From: Candidatus Geohabitans tengchongensis
GTDB lineage: Bacteria; Sysuimicrobiota; Sysuimicrobiia; Sysuimicrobiales; Humicultoraceae
Direction: 5' to 3'
NCBI GenBank assembly: GCA_031459625.1
Contig: JAVKIH010000012.1
Location: forward strand, 5,936 to 66,738
DNA: 60,803 nucleotides
Under the pieces are notes generated by a model. That model made no database searches. It saw nothing but the letters and a program-made list of their open reading frames with translations, and was not told the origin of the DNA. Below, one piece after another: positions 47,057 through 56,415 of the stretch. How positions within the stretch are numbered: the stretch's first letter is position 1; each line of letters begins with the position of its first letter. The translations under genes and the position numbers were made by a program.

Positions 47057-48007
47057 ATGGAGGACCGGGCAGCTCCCGAGCAGCAGCCAGACGGCGCGCG
47101 CCGGGCCAGGGACGTTCGCCCGGCCCGGACCATGCGCCGGGCCGTCGCCACCTTCTCCATCGTTGCCCTGGACCCGCGCACAGGCGAGGTGGGGGTGGCC
47201 GTGGCCAGCAAGTTCCTGGCCGTGGGCGCGGCGGTGCCCTGGGCCCGCGCCGGGGTGGGCGCGGTGGCCACGCAGGCGTGGGCCAACCTGAGCTACGGGC
47301 CCGACGGGCTGCGCCTGCTGGAGCAGGGCCTGGCGGCTGACGAGGTGGTGGCCCGGCTCGTCGACGCGGACGAGCAGCGTGAGCACCGCCAGCTCGGCGT
47401 GGTGGACGCGCGCGGCCGGGCGGCGGCATGGACCGGGCGCGAGTGCCTGGAGTGGGCCGGCCACCGCACCGGCGAGGGCTTCACCTGCCAGGGCAACATC
47501 CTGGCCGGACCGGAGGTGGTGGCGGCCATGGCCGAGACCTTCGCGCGGACCGACGGCGCCCTCCCGGAGCGGCTGGTGGCGGCGCTGGCCGCGGGGGAGG
47601 CCGCCGGCGGGGACCGGCGCGGCCGGCAGTCCGCCGCCCTCTACGTGGCGAAGGAGCGCGGCGCCTACGGCGGGGTGCTCGACCGCTACGTCGACCTGCG
47701 CGTGGACGACAGCGAGCGCCCCGTCGACGAGCTGCGCCGGCTGCTGGAGCTGCACCGCTTCTACTTCCCCCCGGGCGTGCCCGACGTCGTGCGCCTGACC
47801 GAGCCGACGGTGCGCGAGATCCAGGAGGCGCTGCGGCGGCGCGGGTTCTACGAGGGCGAGGTCACCGGCCGCTACGACGCGCGCACCAAGGACGCCTTCC
47901 GCCGCTGGGTCGGGGTGGAGAACCTGGAGGAGCGCTGGCGCGAGGACGACATCGTCGACCGCCTGGTGCTCCTCCACCTGCGGCGCCAGGCCCGGACCAC
48001 GCCGTGA
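47057..48007 (+). CDS. DUF1028 Ntn-hydrolase-like protein with C-terminal peptidoglycan-binding-like domain (alternative start 47132)
   Basis: TFSIVA.D...GE.GVAVASKFLAVG, ATQA, QGNILAG, GGDRRGRQSAAL, DLRVDD. Confidence 0.9.
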   Translation: MEDRAAPEQQPDGARRARDVRPARTMRRAVATFSIVALDPRTGEVGVAVASKFLAVGAAVPWARAGVGAVATQAWANLSYGPDGLRLLEQGLAADEVVARLVDADEQREHRQLGVVDARGRAAAWTGRECLEWAGHRTGEGFTCQGNILAGPEVVAAMAETFARTDGALPERLVAALAAGEAAGGDRRGRQSAALYVAKERGAYGGVLDRYVDLRVDDSERPVDELRRLLELHRFYFPPGVPDVVRLTEPTVREIQEALRRRGFYEGEVTGRYDARTKDAFRRWVGVENLEERWREDDIVDRLVLLHLRRQARTTP

Positions 48008-48981
48008 CGCGGCGCGAGCGGCTGCTGGCGGCGCTGCGCGGCGACCCGGTGGACCGTCCCCCGGTGGCCCTGTGGCGCCACTTCCCCCGGGAGGACAGCC
48101 GCGCCGAGAGCCTGGCCCGCGCCCACGTCGCTTTCTTCCGCGCCTGGGAGTGGGACTTCCTCAAGGTGACGCCGGCCAGCGGCTACTACGGCGACGACTG
48201 GGGCCTGCGCGCCGGTTACCGGCCGAACCGCGAGGGGGTGCGCCACTACACCGACCGTCCCATCAAGAAGGCGGCCGACTGGGGGCGCCTGCGGCCCCTG
48301 GACGTCTCCGCCGGCGCCTACGGCCGCGAGCTGCACGCCCTCCGCCTGATCCGCCAGGAGCTGCGCGACGAGGTGATCCTGGCCACGGTCTTCAGCCCGC
48401 TCACCGTGGCCCGCACCCTGGCCGGCGACCAGGCGCTGGTCCGCTACCTGCGGGAGGAGCCCGAGGCGCTGCACGCGGGGCTGGCGGTCATCACCGACGT
48501 TACCCGGCGGTTCGCCCAGGAGGCGCTCACCGCCGGCGCCGACGGGATCTTCTTCGCCACCCAGTGCGCCACGACCGACTACCTGACCCTGGACGAGTAT
48601 GAGGAGTTCGGCCGCCCCTACGACCTGCAGGTCCTGGACGGCGCCGACGCCGCCGAGGTGCGCCTCCTCCACCTGCACGGCCCGCAGGTGATGTTCGACC
48701 TGGCCGCCGAGTACCCCGTGGACGCCCTCAACTGGCACGACCGACGTGCCGGCCCCACGCTGGCCGAGGCCCGCGCCCGCTTCTCCGGCTGTCTCGCCGG
48801 CGGCGTGGACGAGCTGGGCACGCTGGCCCAGGGCACGCCGGAGGCGTGCGCGGCCGAGGTCCGGGACGCGCTGGCGCAGACCCAGGGGCGCCGTCACGTC
48901 GTCGCCCCCGGCTGCACGATCCTCATCGACACGCCGGAGGCGAACCTGCGGGCGGTGCGGGCGGCGGTGGAGCCCTCCTAG
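48004..48981 (+). CDS. Uroporphyrinogen decarboxylase/MtbA-like (URO-D superfamily) protein
   Basis: DRPPVALWRHF, TVFSPLT, GADGIF, EEFGRPYD, LHLHG, APGC. Confidence 0.85.
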   Translation: MTRRERLLAALRGDPVDRPPVALWRHFPREDSRAESLARAHVAFFRAWEWDFLKVTPASGYYGDDWGLRAGYRPNREGVRHYTDRPIKKAADWGRLRPLDVSAGAYGRELHALRLIRQELRDEVILATVFSPLTVARTLAGDQALVRYLREEPEALHAGLAVITDVTRRFAQEALTAGADGIFFATQCATTDYLTLDEYEEFGRPYDLQVLDGADAAEVRLLHLHGPQVMFDLAAEYPVDALNWHDRRAGPTLAEARARFSGCLAGGVDELGTLAQGTPEACAAEVRDALAQTQGRRHVVAPGCTILIDTPEANLRAVRAAVEPS

Positions 48982-50936
48982 GCCTCGGTGGGTCGGAATC
49001 TGGCCACCCGCAGCCCGTTGGCCACCGCGAGCAGTTCGCTCACTTCATGGACGACCACAGCGAGGACCACCGTGACGATGCCACCGATGGCGCCGGGGAT
49101 GAGGAGGCTCAGGACGAGGAGCGAGAAGACTATGTTCTGACGGCTGATGGCGCGGGCCGCCCGACCCAGGCGGATGGCGTAGACGACCTTCGGCAGGTCG
49201 TCCGCCATCAAGGCGACATCAGCCGCCTCGATGGCCGCATCGGTCCCCGCGGCGCCCATGGCGATACCGACGGTGGCGGCTGCCAGCGCCGGAGCGTCGT
49301 TGATCCCGTCACCGACCATGGCCACCGCGCCCTCGCGCGCCTCGAGCTCCCTGATGTACCGGACCTTGTCCTCGGGCCGCAACTCGGCGTGGACGTGGTC
49401 GATGCCCAACTCCCGGGCGATGGCGGCCGCCGTGTCCGCATGGTCGCCGGTCAGCATGGCCACCTTCACGCCCAGACGGTGGAGGCGAGCGACCGTCGGC
49501 CGGGCGACCGGGCGAAGCTGGTCGCGCATCGCCAACAGGCCCAGGAGCGTGCCGTTCCGGGCAACGCCGACGACGGTCTTGCCCTGGCGGTGGAGCGCCT
49601 CAATGGCGGGCTGCGCGGCCTCCAGGATGATGCCGCGTTGCCGGAGCCAGGCGGGGCTGCCCACGACGACCCGCTGGCCGTCGACCTCGGCCTCGATGCC
49701 CAGGCCAGGCAGCGCCCGGCACGCCGCCACCGGCACGCGCGGTGCGCCTTCCTGGTCCGCTCGCCTGGCGATGGCCTCCCCCAGCGGATGCTCCGAGAAG
49801 CGCTCGACCGCCGCGGCCAGACCCAGCAGGGTTGCCGGGCTGATCCGGTCGAGCGGCACGATGTCCGTAACCTCCGGCCTCCCTGTCGTGAGCGTGCCCG
49901 TCTTGTCGAAAGCGACGACCCGAACCCGGCCGAGGTTCTCCAGGTGAAGCCCGCCCTTGATCAGGACGCCGTTCCGCCCGGCGATGCCGATGCCCGCCGC
50001 GACGGCGACCGGCGTGGACATGACGAGCGCACAGGGAGCCGCCGCCACCAGCAGCACCATGGCCCGCAGCGCCCAGGGCATGACCGGCTGGCCGAAGAGC
50101 GGTGGGACGACCAGGAAGAGGAGGGCTGCGACGAGCACCGTCGGGGAATACCACCGGCTGAAGCGCTCGATGAAGCGCTGCAGGCGCCCTTTTTGCTCGT
50201 GCGCCTCTTCCACGAGGTGGATGATCTTCGAGAGGGTATTGTCCTCGCAGGAGGCGGTGGCTTCCACGACCAGCGCGCCCTGTGTGTTCAGGCTGCCGGC
50301 GAAGACCTGCGTGCCGGGGACTTTGTCCACCGGCATCGACTCGCCGGTAACGGGGGACTCGTCCACCGTGGAGGTCCCTTCCAGGATCACCCCATCGGTG
50401 GCGATGGCCTCCCCCGGGCGAACCACAAACCGATCCCCCGGCCGGAGCTGCGTCGCCGGGACCGTCACCTCCCGACCGTCTCGCAGGAGGCGCGCCTCCC
50501 TGGGCGCCAGATCCAGCAGCCCCCGGATGGCGTACCGCGTCCGAGCGTATGCGTACTCCTCCAGCGCCTCCGCCGTGGCGTAGAGGAAGACCAGGACGGC
50601 GGCCTCGTCCCACAGGCCCAGGAGGGCGGCCCCCACGGCGGCCGCGCTCATCAAGATCTCGACGCCCACCTGGCGCTCGCTCCACAGCCCGCGCCACCCT
50701 TCCCTCACGAAGTGGCGCCCTCCCAGGACCGCGGCCGCGGCGTAGCCGAACGGCTCCAGACGCCCGAAGCCCAGCAGGTGGGAGAGGGCCAAGGTCAGGG
50801 CGATGAGCGCTCCGCCCGCCAGCGCATCGCGCATGGCGGGGAACCGCCACCAGGCCCCACCGTAGGCGCTGACTTCTGCCTCGCCGCTCGCCTGGCTCAT
50901 GGGGTCATGCGGTCGCCCGGCCCGGGGGTGGATCAC
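48978..50936 (-). CDS. Heavy-metal P1B-type ATPase (Zn/Cd/Co candidate), no N-terminal metal-binding domain
   Basis: TGES, APC in the TM motif, DKTGTLT, SEHP, GDGINDAPALA, HEVSE. Confidence 0.95.
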   Translation of the reverse strand: MIHPRAGRPHDPMSQASGEAEVSAYGGAWWRFPAMRDALAGGALIALTLALSHLLGFGRLEPFGYAAAAVLGGRHFVREGWRGLWSERQVGVEILMSAAAVGAALLGLWDEAAVLVFLYATAEALEEYAYARTRYAIRGLLDLAPREARLLRDGREVTVPATQLRPGDRFVVRPGEAIATDGVILEGTSTVDESPVTGESMPVDKVPGTQVFAGSLNTQGALVVEATASCEDNTLSKIIHLVEEAHEQKGRLQRFIERFSRWYSPTVLVAALLFLVVPPLFGQPVMPWALRAMVLLVAAAPCALVMSTPVAVAAGIGIAGRNGVLIKGGLHLENLGRVRVVAFDKTGTLTTGRPEVTDIVPLDRISPATLLGLAAAVERFSEHPLGEAIARRADQEGAPRVPVAACRALPGLGIEAEVDGQRVVVGSPAWLRQRGIILEAAQPAIEALHRQGKTVVGVARNGTLLGLLAMRDQLRPVARPTVARLHRLGVKVAMLTGDHADTAAAIARELGIDHVHAELRPEDKVRYIRELEAREGAVAMVGDGINDAPALAAATVGIAMGAAGTDAAIEAADVALMADDLPKVVYAIRLGRAARAISRQNIVFSLLVLSLLIPGAIGGIVTVVLAVVVHEVSELLAVANGLRVARFRPTEA

Positions 50937-50976
50937 GACGACGCGGCCGTGATCCGCACGCGCCGCGATGCGCTCA

Positions 50977-51351
50977 TCAGGAGCCCGCGGCGTGGTCGAG
51001 CCCTTCCTGGATGAGGTGCCGGACGTGCTCGTCGGCCAGCGCGTAGTAGGCCATCTGGCCCTGCCGACGGTATTTGACCAGCTTCAGGTCCCTGAGGAGA
51101 CGGAGCTGGTGGGAGACGGCGGGGCGGCTCCGCGCCACGATGCTGGCCAGGTCGCAGACGCACAACTCCTCTTGGGCGAGGGCAAAGAGCAACTTGGCGC
51201 GCGTGGGATCGGCGAGGACCTGGAACATCCGGGCGACCGCCTCGAAGCGACCCTCATCCTGGAGCTGGCGGCGGACCTTCCGGACTTTCGCTTCGTCGAC
51301 GTGGTAGGTCTCGCAGGTGCCTTCCCGGCGCAACGCTGCCCTGACGGCCAT
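50977..51351 (-). CDS. ArsR/SmtB metal-sensing repressor (CadC/ZiaR-like)
   Basis: LADPTR, ELCVCDL, AVSHQLRLLR, DEH-x10-H. Confidence 0.95.
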   Translation of the reverse strand: MAVRAALRREGTCETYHVDEAKVRKVRRQLQDEGRFEAVARMFQVLADPTRAKLLFALAQEELCVCDLASIVARSRPAVSHQLRLLRDLKLVKYRRQGQMAYYALADEHVRHLIQEGLDHAAGS

Positions 51352-51380
51352 ACGGCCTCACCACCCTCCCCACCGGACCG

Positions 51381-51417
51381 GGAAAAGTTGCATGAGTGCA
51401 CAACTCTGCACTTTTCC
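51381..51417. promoter_or_regulatory. Imperfect inverted repeat, probable ArsR/SmtB operator
   Basis: GGAAAAG TTGCATGAG...CTCTGCA CTTTTCC, 30 bp upstream of arsR. Confidence 0.7.
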
Positions 51418-51665
51418 AGACGCCATCATAGGCCCGGGTCGGCCGACCGTCAACCGATGGGGGCTGGCTGGGTCACGGCGCGAGAGCCGGTCCGCAGCAG
51501 ACACCTCCCATGGCCTGATGCCCCACAGGTAGCGGTTGCATCCACCCTGGGCACCGGGTACTCTGGTCGGGGCCGCACCGTGCTCCTCATCGCGGCCCCG
51601 GCCCAGGCACACATCGCGGCCGCGTCCCGCACGTCGATCTGCAACGTCTCGCCCAGGAGGCCGAC

Positions 51666-52691
51666 GTGGAGAGCCCCCATCGCACCTACGTGCGCGAACT
51701 GCGCAAGCGGTTGCCGCCGCACGTCTTCCGCCCCGTGCCCGCCCGGGCGCTCTGGATCCTGCCCTATGCCCTGGTCGGGGCCGCAGGGACCTGGGCCATC
51801 GCCGCGTGGGACCTGCCGGTGCCGGCCAGGGTCCTCCTGGGTGTGACCATCGGCATGGCCTACGCCTCCCTGGGGTTCCTCGGGCACGAGATCCTCCACG
51901 GCGGCGTGGTCCGGCGCCCCTGGGTCCGCGACCTGCTGGGGGCGGTCTGCCTCCTCCCCAGCGGCATCGGACCGCGGCTGTGGCGGCGCTGGCACAACGT
52001 CGAGCACCACGGCCACACCCAGATCGCCGGACGCGACCCCGACGCCTACAGCACCCTGGAGCAGTACCACCGGCGCCCCGCCCTGCGCCTGCTCCACCGG
52101 CTGGTCCCGGTGAGGAGCGTCGGGTTCTTCGCCATGCTCGCGGTCTGGCTAAGCATCCACTCCTGGATCATCTTGGTGGGAGCGCTGCGCCGGGAGCGTG
52201 GGCGCGAACGCCTCTTGCTGTTGACCCAGTTCGCCGGCCCCATGGCGGCCTGGACGCTCCTGGGATGGTGGCTGGGGTGGGACGCCCTCCCGTACTTCTA
52301 CGTGATCCCGCTGCTGGTGGGGAACTTCGTGGTGATGGCCTACATCGCCACGAACCACCTGCTGAACCCGCTGCTGGAAGAGGACGACCCCCTCGCCGGG
52401 TCGCTGAGCGTGACCGTGCCCCGTCTGCTGGACGTCCTGCACGGAAACTTCAGCCACCACACGGAGCACCACATCTTCCCGGCCATGAGCGCGCGCTACC
52501 TCCCCGAGGTGAAACGCCTGCTGCGGGACCTCTGGCCGCACCGCTACCACGAGATGCCGCTGCGGCGGGCGCTGGGGCTGCTCTGGCGGACGCCCCGGCT
52601 CTACCTGGACAACGTGCGGCTGGTCGACCCCCGCTCCGGGCACGTCTCGCCCGTCCTGGGACACGGATTGCGGGTGGAAGAAGCCGGTTAG
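51666..52691 (+). CDS. Membrane fatty acid desaturase family
   Basis: His boxes HEILH, HNVEHH, HTEHH; SD AGGAGG. Confidence 0.92.
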   Translation: MESPHRTYVRELRKRLPPHVFRPVPARALWILPYALVGAAGTWAIAAWDLPVPARVLLGVTIGMAYASLGFLGHEILHGGVVRRPWVRDLLGAVCLLPSGIGPRLWRRWHNVEHHGHTQIAGRDPDAYSTLEQYHRRPALRLLHRLVPVRSVGFFAMLAVWLSIHSWIILVGALRRERGRERLLLLTQFAGPMAAWTLLGWWLGWDALPYFYVIPLLVGNFVVMAYIATNHLLNPLLEEDDPLAGSLSVTVPRLLDVLHGNFSHHTEHHIFPAMSARYLPEVKRLLRDLWPHRYHEMPLRRALGLLWRTPRLYLDNVRLVDPRSGHVSPVLGHGLRVEEAG

Positions 52692-53503
52692 CCGGTGTGG
52701 CGGGCCGCCCCGTAGGCTGCCGCCAGGCGCTGCGCCCGGGGGCTGGAACGGACGGGATCGGCGTAGAGCCAGGCCAGCAGGGCCCGCGCCGCCGGGCCGC
52801 GGAAGCGCAGCGTGGCGGCGCCCTCGGGGGTCCCGACCTCCACCGTCCCCTTGAGGGCGCGCTCCTGCTCCGGCAACCGGCCGGCCAGCGCGGTCACCAC
52901 CTCCGCGCTCGCCACCAGCGCCACCCGGTCGCCGCCGTCCGTAAAGGTGTGCGCCTCGCCGCGCCCGCGCTGCCCCTCGAGGAGGCCCCGCGTGAAGTGG
53001 GGGAGGGCGGCGTCGGAGACGTACTCGACGGCCACCGGCGCGGGGGCTTGCTCCGCCACGCCCCACTGGAGCAGGGCGGCACTGAGGGCATGGTCGCGCA
53101 CGTAAGCCTCGTCGCCGAACCGGCTGCTGTGGCAGATCTCGTAGGTGGCGTGGCTCGCCGTCAGGTCGCGCAGCAGCACACGCAGGTACTCCACCTCGTC
53201 CCGCGCCACCGGCAGCACCAGGGTGTAGGGGACGGCCCGGTGGTAGATGCGGCCCCAGGCCCCGGTGATGAACCCCAGCCAGTACATCGCCACCCGCACG
53301 TCGGCGGCAGGGTCGCTGTGGTGGAGGTGGTAGGGCACGGGCATGCGCGTGGCCGACTGAGGGCGCAGGAACTGCTGCACCTCGCTGACCGGGCGCCCGA
53401 AGCGCTCGCCGATCTGGCGCTCCGACTCGCCGCGGGCGCGGGCCTCGTGCATGGCGTAGATTTCCTGCGGGCGGAGCGTGACGAGGGCCGGGCGGGTGTT
53501 CAT
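52688..53503 (-). CDS. HTH plus two-motif LAGLIDADG-fold protein lacking catalytic acidic residues
   Basis: N-terminal GESERQIGERFGRPVSEVQQFL (HTH); YWLGFITGAWG (motif 1); HFTRGLLEGQRG (motif 2); C-terminal LLAWLY. Confidence 0.75.
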   Translation of the reverse strand: MNTRPALVTLRPQEIYAMHEARARGESERQIGERFGRPVSEVQQFLRPQSATRMPVPYHLHHSDPAADVRVAMYWLGFITGAWGRIYHRAVPYTLVLPVARDEVEYLRVLLRDLTASHATYEICHSSRFGDEAYVRDHALSAALLQWGVAEQAPAPVAVEYVSDAALPHFTRGLLEGQRGRGEAHTFTDGGDRVALVASAEVVTALAGRLPEQERALKGTVEVGTPEGAATLRFRGPAARALLAWLYADPVRSSPRAQRLAAAYGAARHTG

Positions 53504-53673
53504 GCCTTGACGCGCTCGCGCCGGTAGATCCGGTCGAGCCCGACTTCGACCTCGCGCCCGTCGTCGTGCCGGACCGTGGTGGTCCCGTCACGGCGCACCG
53601 CGATGACCACGCCCGACTGGGCCTGCTGGGCCTGCTTCCACCAGACGCGATCGCCGACCTTGGGTTTCCTCAC
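53500..53673 (-). CDS. Small basic SH3/Tudor/KOW-like protein (ORF open to 53721)
   Basis: KVGDRVWW...SGVVIAV...TVRHDDGREVEV; ATGA overlap with the next gene. Confidence 0.7.
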   Translation of the reverse strand: MRKPKVGDRVWWKQAQQAQSGVVIAVRRDGTTTVRHDDGREVEVGLDRIYRRERVKA

Positions 53674-53915
53674 GCGGGTCCCCTTTCCGGGTCTGTGGTC
53701 CTCCCAACGCACGGGAGGCATCGAGCGGAAACTAGCCTATTATCGCATATCCGGCGAGCGCTGTCGACGGATGCCGCGGGACCCGCGCGCGGCGCCGCTG
53801 GGCCTCTACCGGGAGAGCAGGCGCTCCACAGCCCGACGGGCCCACGCGGACCGGAGGTCCACGCCGGGCGGATCCCCCGACAGGAGGACGTGCAGACGCG
53901 CGCGAAGCCGATCTT

Positions 53916-54695
53916 GTGGTGTCCTCCTCGCCGCGCCGCCGCCTCGCCGAGCACTTCGGGCGGCAGGCCCGCGCCTACGCGCAGAGCGCCACCTTCGCCC
54001 GGGGCGACGACCTGGCCGTCCTCGTGCGCCTGCTGGACCCGCACCCGGAGATGCTCGCCCTCGACGAGGCCACCGGGGCCGGGTTCACCGCCGCCGCCGT
54101 GGCACCGCTGGTGCGGGCGGTGGTGGCGCTGGACATCGCCCCGGAGATGCTCGCCCGCACCCGCGAGCTGGCGGCGGAACGGCGACTGGACAACGTCCTC
54201 CCCATCCTGGCCGACGTCGAGGCCCTGCCCTTCGCCGACGGGAGCTTCGATGCGGTCACCTGTCGCATCGCCCCCCACCACTTCCTCGACGTGCCGCGGG
54301 CGCTGCGGGAGGTGGCCCGCGTGCTGCGGCCGGGCGGGCGCTTCGTGGTCGTGGACAACCTGGCGCCCTCCGAGCCGGCCCTCGACCGCTTCATCAACAC
54401 CCTGGACGCCCTGCGCGACCCCACCCACGTGCGCGCCTACACGGTGGAGGAGTGGATGGACCTGCTGCCCGGCGCGGGCCTGCGGCCGACGGCGTGGGAG
54501 GTCCGCCGCAAGCGCCAGCCGGTGGAGGAATGGCTGGCCCGCGCCGGGGCCGACCTGGAAACCGCCGCGGCGGTGCGCGAGCGGCTGCTCCGGGCCCCCG
54601 AGGCGGCGCGCACAGCCTTCGCCATCGAGGTGGCGGACGGTGCGCCGGTGGTCTTCACCGTCGAGACCCTGGTCGCGCGGGCCGAGCGGACCTAG
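53916..54695 (+). CDS. Class I SAM-dependent methyltransferase (UbiE/YcgJ-like)
   Basis: ALDEATGAG, LDIAPEML, LPFADGSFD.VTCRIAPHHF, RVLRPGG, RDPTHVR. Confidence 0.92.
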   Translation: MVSSSPRRRLAEHFGRQARAYAQSATFARGDDLAVLVRLLDPHPEMLALDEATGAGFTAAAVAPLVRAVVALDIAPEMLARTRELAAERRLDNVLPILADVEALPFADGSFDAVTCRIAPHHFLDVPRALREVARVLRPGGRFVVVDNLAPSEPALDRFINTLDALRDPTHVRAYTVEEWMDLLPGAGLRPTAWEVRRKRQPVEEWLARAGADLETAAAVRERLLRAPEAARTAFAIEVADGAPVVFTVETLVARAERT

Positions 54696-54810
54696 ACCGC
54701 CTCAGCCGCGATGGCGCCGCGGTGGAGAGGGAGACGTGCACGCGCAGCGGGGAGAGGACGTTCGGCAGGATGTAGCGCCAGAGGATGCGGGCCCTTCCGC
54801 CAGCCCGCCG
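54692..54810 (-). pseudogene. Short relic of an OppC/DppC-type peptide ABC permease
   Basis: Minus strand reads RARILWRYILPNVLSPLRVHVSLST, then after a frameshift GAIAAEAV*. This matches the post-EAA-loop RIxxRHILPN...xAILAEA segment. Confidence 0.65.
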
Positions 54811-54877
54811 GAGCAGATACGCTGGTGTCGCGAGTCCGTCTCCATGCCGGACAGTGAACCACCCTCACGAAGGAGGG

Positions 54878-55864
54878 ATGCAGACCGTGCGACGTGCAGC
54901 GGGGATCATCCTCATGCTCACCCTGGCCCTGGCGCTGCTGGTGGGCCCGCTGGGGTCCGCGCTGGCCGCGCCCCAGGTCCGGCTCTCCATCGCCACCGGC
55001 GGCACCGGGGGAGTCTACTTCCCGCTGGGAGGCGGCCTGGCCCGGCTGATCTCCCGCCACATCCCCAACGTCGAGGCCACCGCCGAGGTGACTTCCGCGT
55101 CGGTGGACAACATGCGCCTCATCGCCGCGAAGCGCGCCGACCTGGCCTTCACCCTGGCTGACACCGCCGTCGACGCCATCAAGGGGGAGGGGCCCTTCCG
55201 CGGCGCCCCCGTGCCCGCCGTCACGCTGACGCCGCTGTACAACAACTTCAACCACCTGGTGACGGTGGAAGGCACCGGTATTGCCACGGTGGCCGACCTG
55301 CGGGGCAAGCGCGTCTCGGTGGGGTCGCCGGGCAGCGGCACCGAGGTGACGGCGCTGCGTATCCTCGAGGCCGCCGGTCTCCACCCCGACCGGGACATCC
55401 GACGGGAAGGACTGGGGGTGGCCCAGTCGGTGGACGCGCTGCGCGACAGGAAGATCGACGCCTTCTTCTGGAGCGGCGGGCTGCCCACCCCGGCGGTCCT
55501 CGACCTGGCCACCACGCCGGGCACGCGCATCAAGCTCGTGCCCCTCGACTCGGTGCTGCCGACCCTCCAGCGGCGCTACGGCAACCTCTACTTCCGCGTG
55601 AGCATCCCCAACGGCGTCTACCCCGGCATGACCGCCACCGTGCCGACCATCGGGGTGGCCAACCTGCTGGTGGTGCACCGCGACTTCAACGCCGACCTGG
55701 CCTACCAGATCACGAAGCTCATCTTCGAGCGGCGGGCTGAGCTGGCGCAGGTGCACTCCGAGGCGCAGAACATCACGCTGGTCGGCATCGCCGGCCGCTC
55801 ACCGCTCCCCTTCCACCCCGGCGCGGTGCGGTACTTCCGGGAGCGCGGCGTGGAGGGCTTCTAG
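54878..55864 (+). CDS. TAXI family TRAP transporter solute-binding subunit
   Basis: IATGGTGGVYFPLG, SASVDN, DLRGKRVSVGSPGSGTE, PFHPGAVRYF. Confidence 0.94.
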   Translation: MQTVRRAAGIILMLTLALALLVGPLGSALAAPQVRLSIATGGTGGVYFPLGGGLARLISRHIPNVEATAEVTSASVDNMRLIAAKRADLAFTLADTAVDAIKGEGPFRGAPVPAVTLTPLYNNFNHLVTVEGTGIATVADLRGKRVSVGSPGSGTEVTALRILEAAGLHPDRDIRREGLGVAQSVDALRDRKIDAFFWSGGLPTPAVLDLATTPGTRIKLVPLDSVLPTLQRRYGNLYFRVSIPNGVYPGMTATVPTIGVANLLVVHRDFNADLAYQITKLIFERRAELAQVHSEAQNITLVGIAGRSPLPFHPGAVRYFRERGVEGF

Positions 55865-55962
55865 CGGCGCGGGCGAGTCCGGTACCGCAGACGCGGGGGG
55901 CCCGGCGGCTGCGCCTTACGGCGCGGCCCCGGGCCGCCGCCCTGGCCGCGGTCGCGGTCGGG

Positions 55963-56415
55963 GTGGCCGTGGCCCTGGCCGGGCTGGCCCGGCCCGTCCC
56001 TGTCCTCACCGTCACGGATGAGGCCGGGGGGCGCCGGTGGCTGGTCCCGGTCGAGGAGGGGAGCCCCGTGGTCCTCGAGTACGTCAACTCCATCTGGGGC
56101 GCGCCCACCTGGGAGCGGTTCGTCGTGCGCTCGGGGCGGCTGGCGCTGGTCGAGGTGGCGAGCACGGCGGAGGCGGTCCTGGAGTACCACCGCCTGCCGG
56201 CGCCCTACCGGCGCGAGGACGGCCGCCTCGCCGCCCCCGTGACCGGGGTGACGCTGGACGCGCTCACGCTGCGCGTGGGGGAGCGGGGCCGCCCGGTACT
56301 GCACGTGGACGGTGCGAGCCTGCCGCTGTTCGACGCCGGGGTGGGGACGGGGCTGCGGGTGGAGGTGCGACGCCTGCCGCGCCTGCGCCTCTGGCTGGCG
56401 GAGGGACGAGGGTGA
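55963..56415 (+). CDS. DUF1850 family protein (TAXI-associated)
   Basis: LEYVNSI...P..E.F pattern; sits between the TAXI receptor and permease. Confidence 0.7.
   Translation: MAVALAGLARPVPVLTVTDEAGGRRWLVPVEEGSPVVLEYVNSIWGAPTWERFVVRSGRLALVEVASTAEAVLEYHRLPAPYRREDGRLAAPVTGVTLDALTLRVGERGRPVLHVDGASLPLFDAGVGTGLRVEVRRLPRLRLWLAEGRG

Noticed and set aside
48004..48981. True hemE
   Set aside because: It lacks the N-terminal MRQAGR motif and no hem genes are nearby; kept as URO-D superfamily.
48978..51417. Metal-resistance transposon
   Set aside because: Codon usage is slightly atypical, but no transposase, integrase, terminal repeats or target duplication is visible.
52688..53503. Active mobile homing endonuclease, intein or group I intron
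   Set aside because: Catalytic Asp residues are absent, there are no splicing motifs, and no host gene is interrupted.
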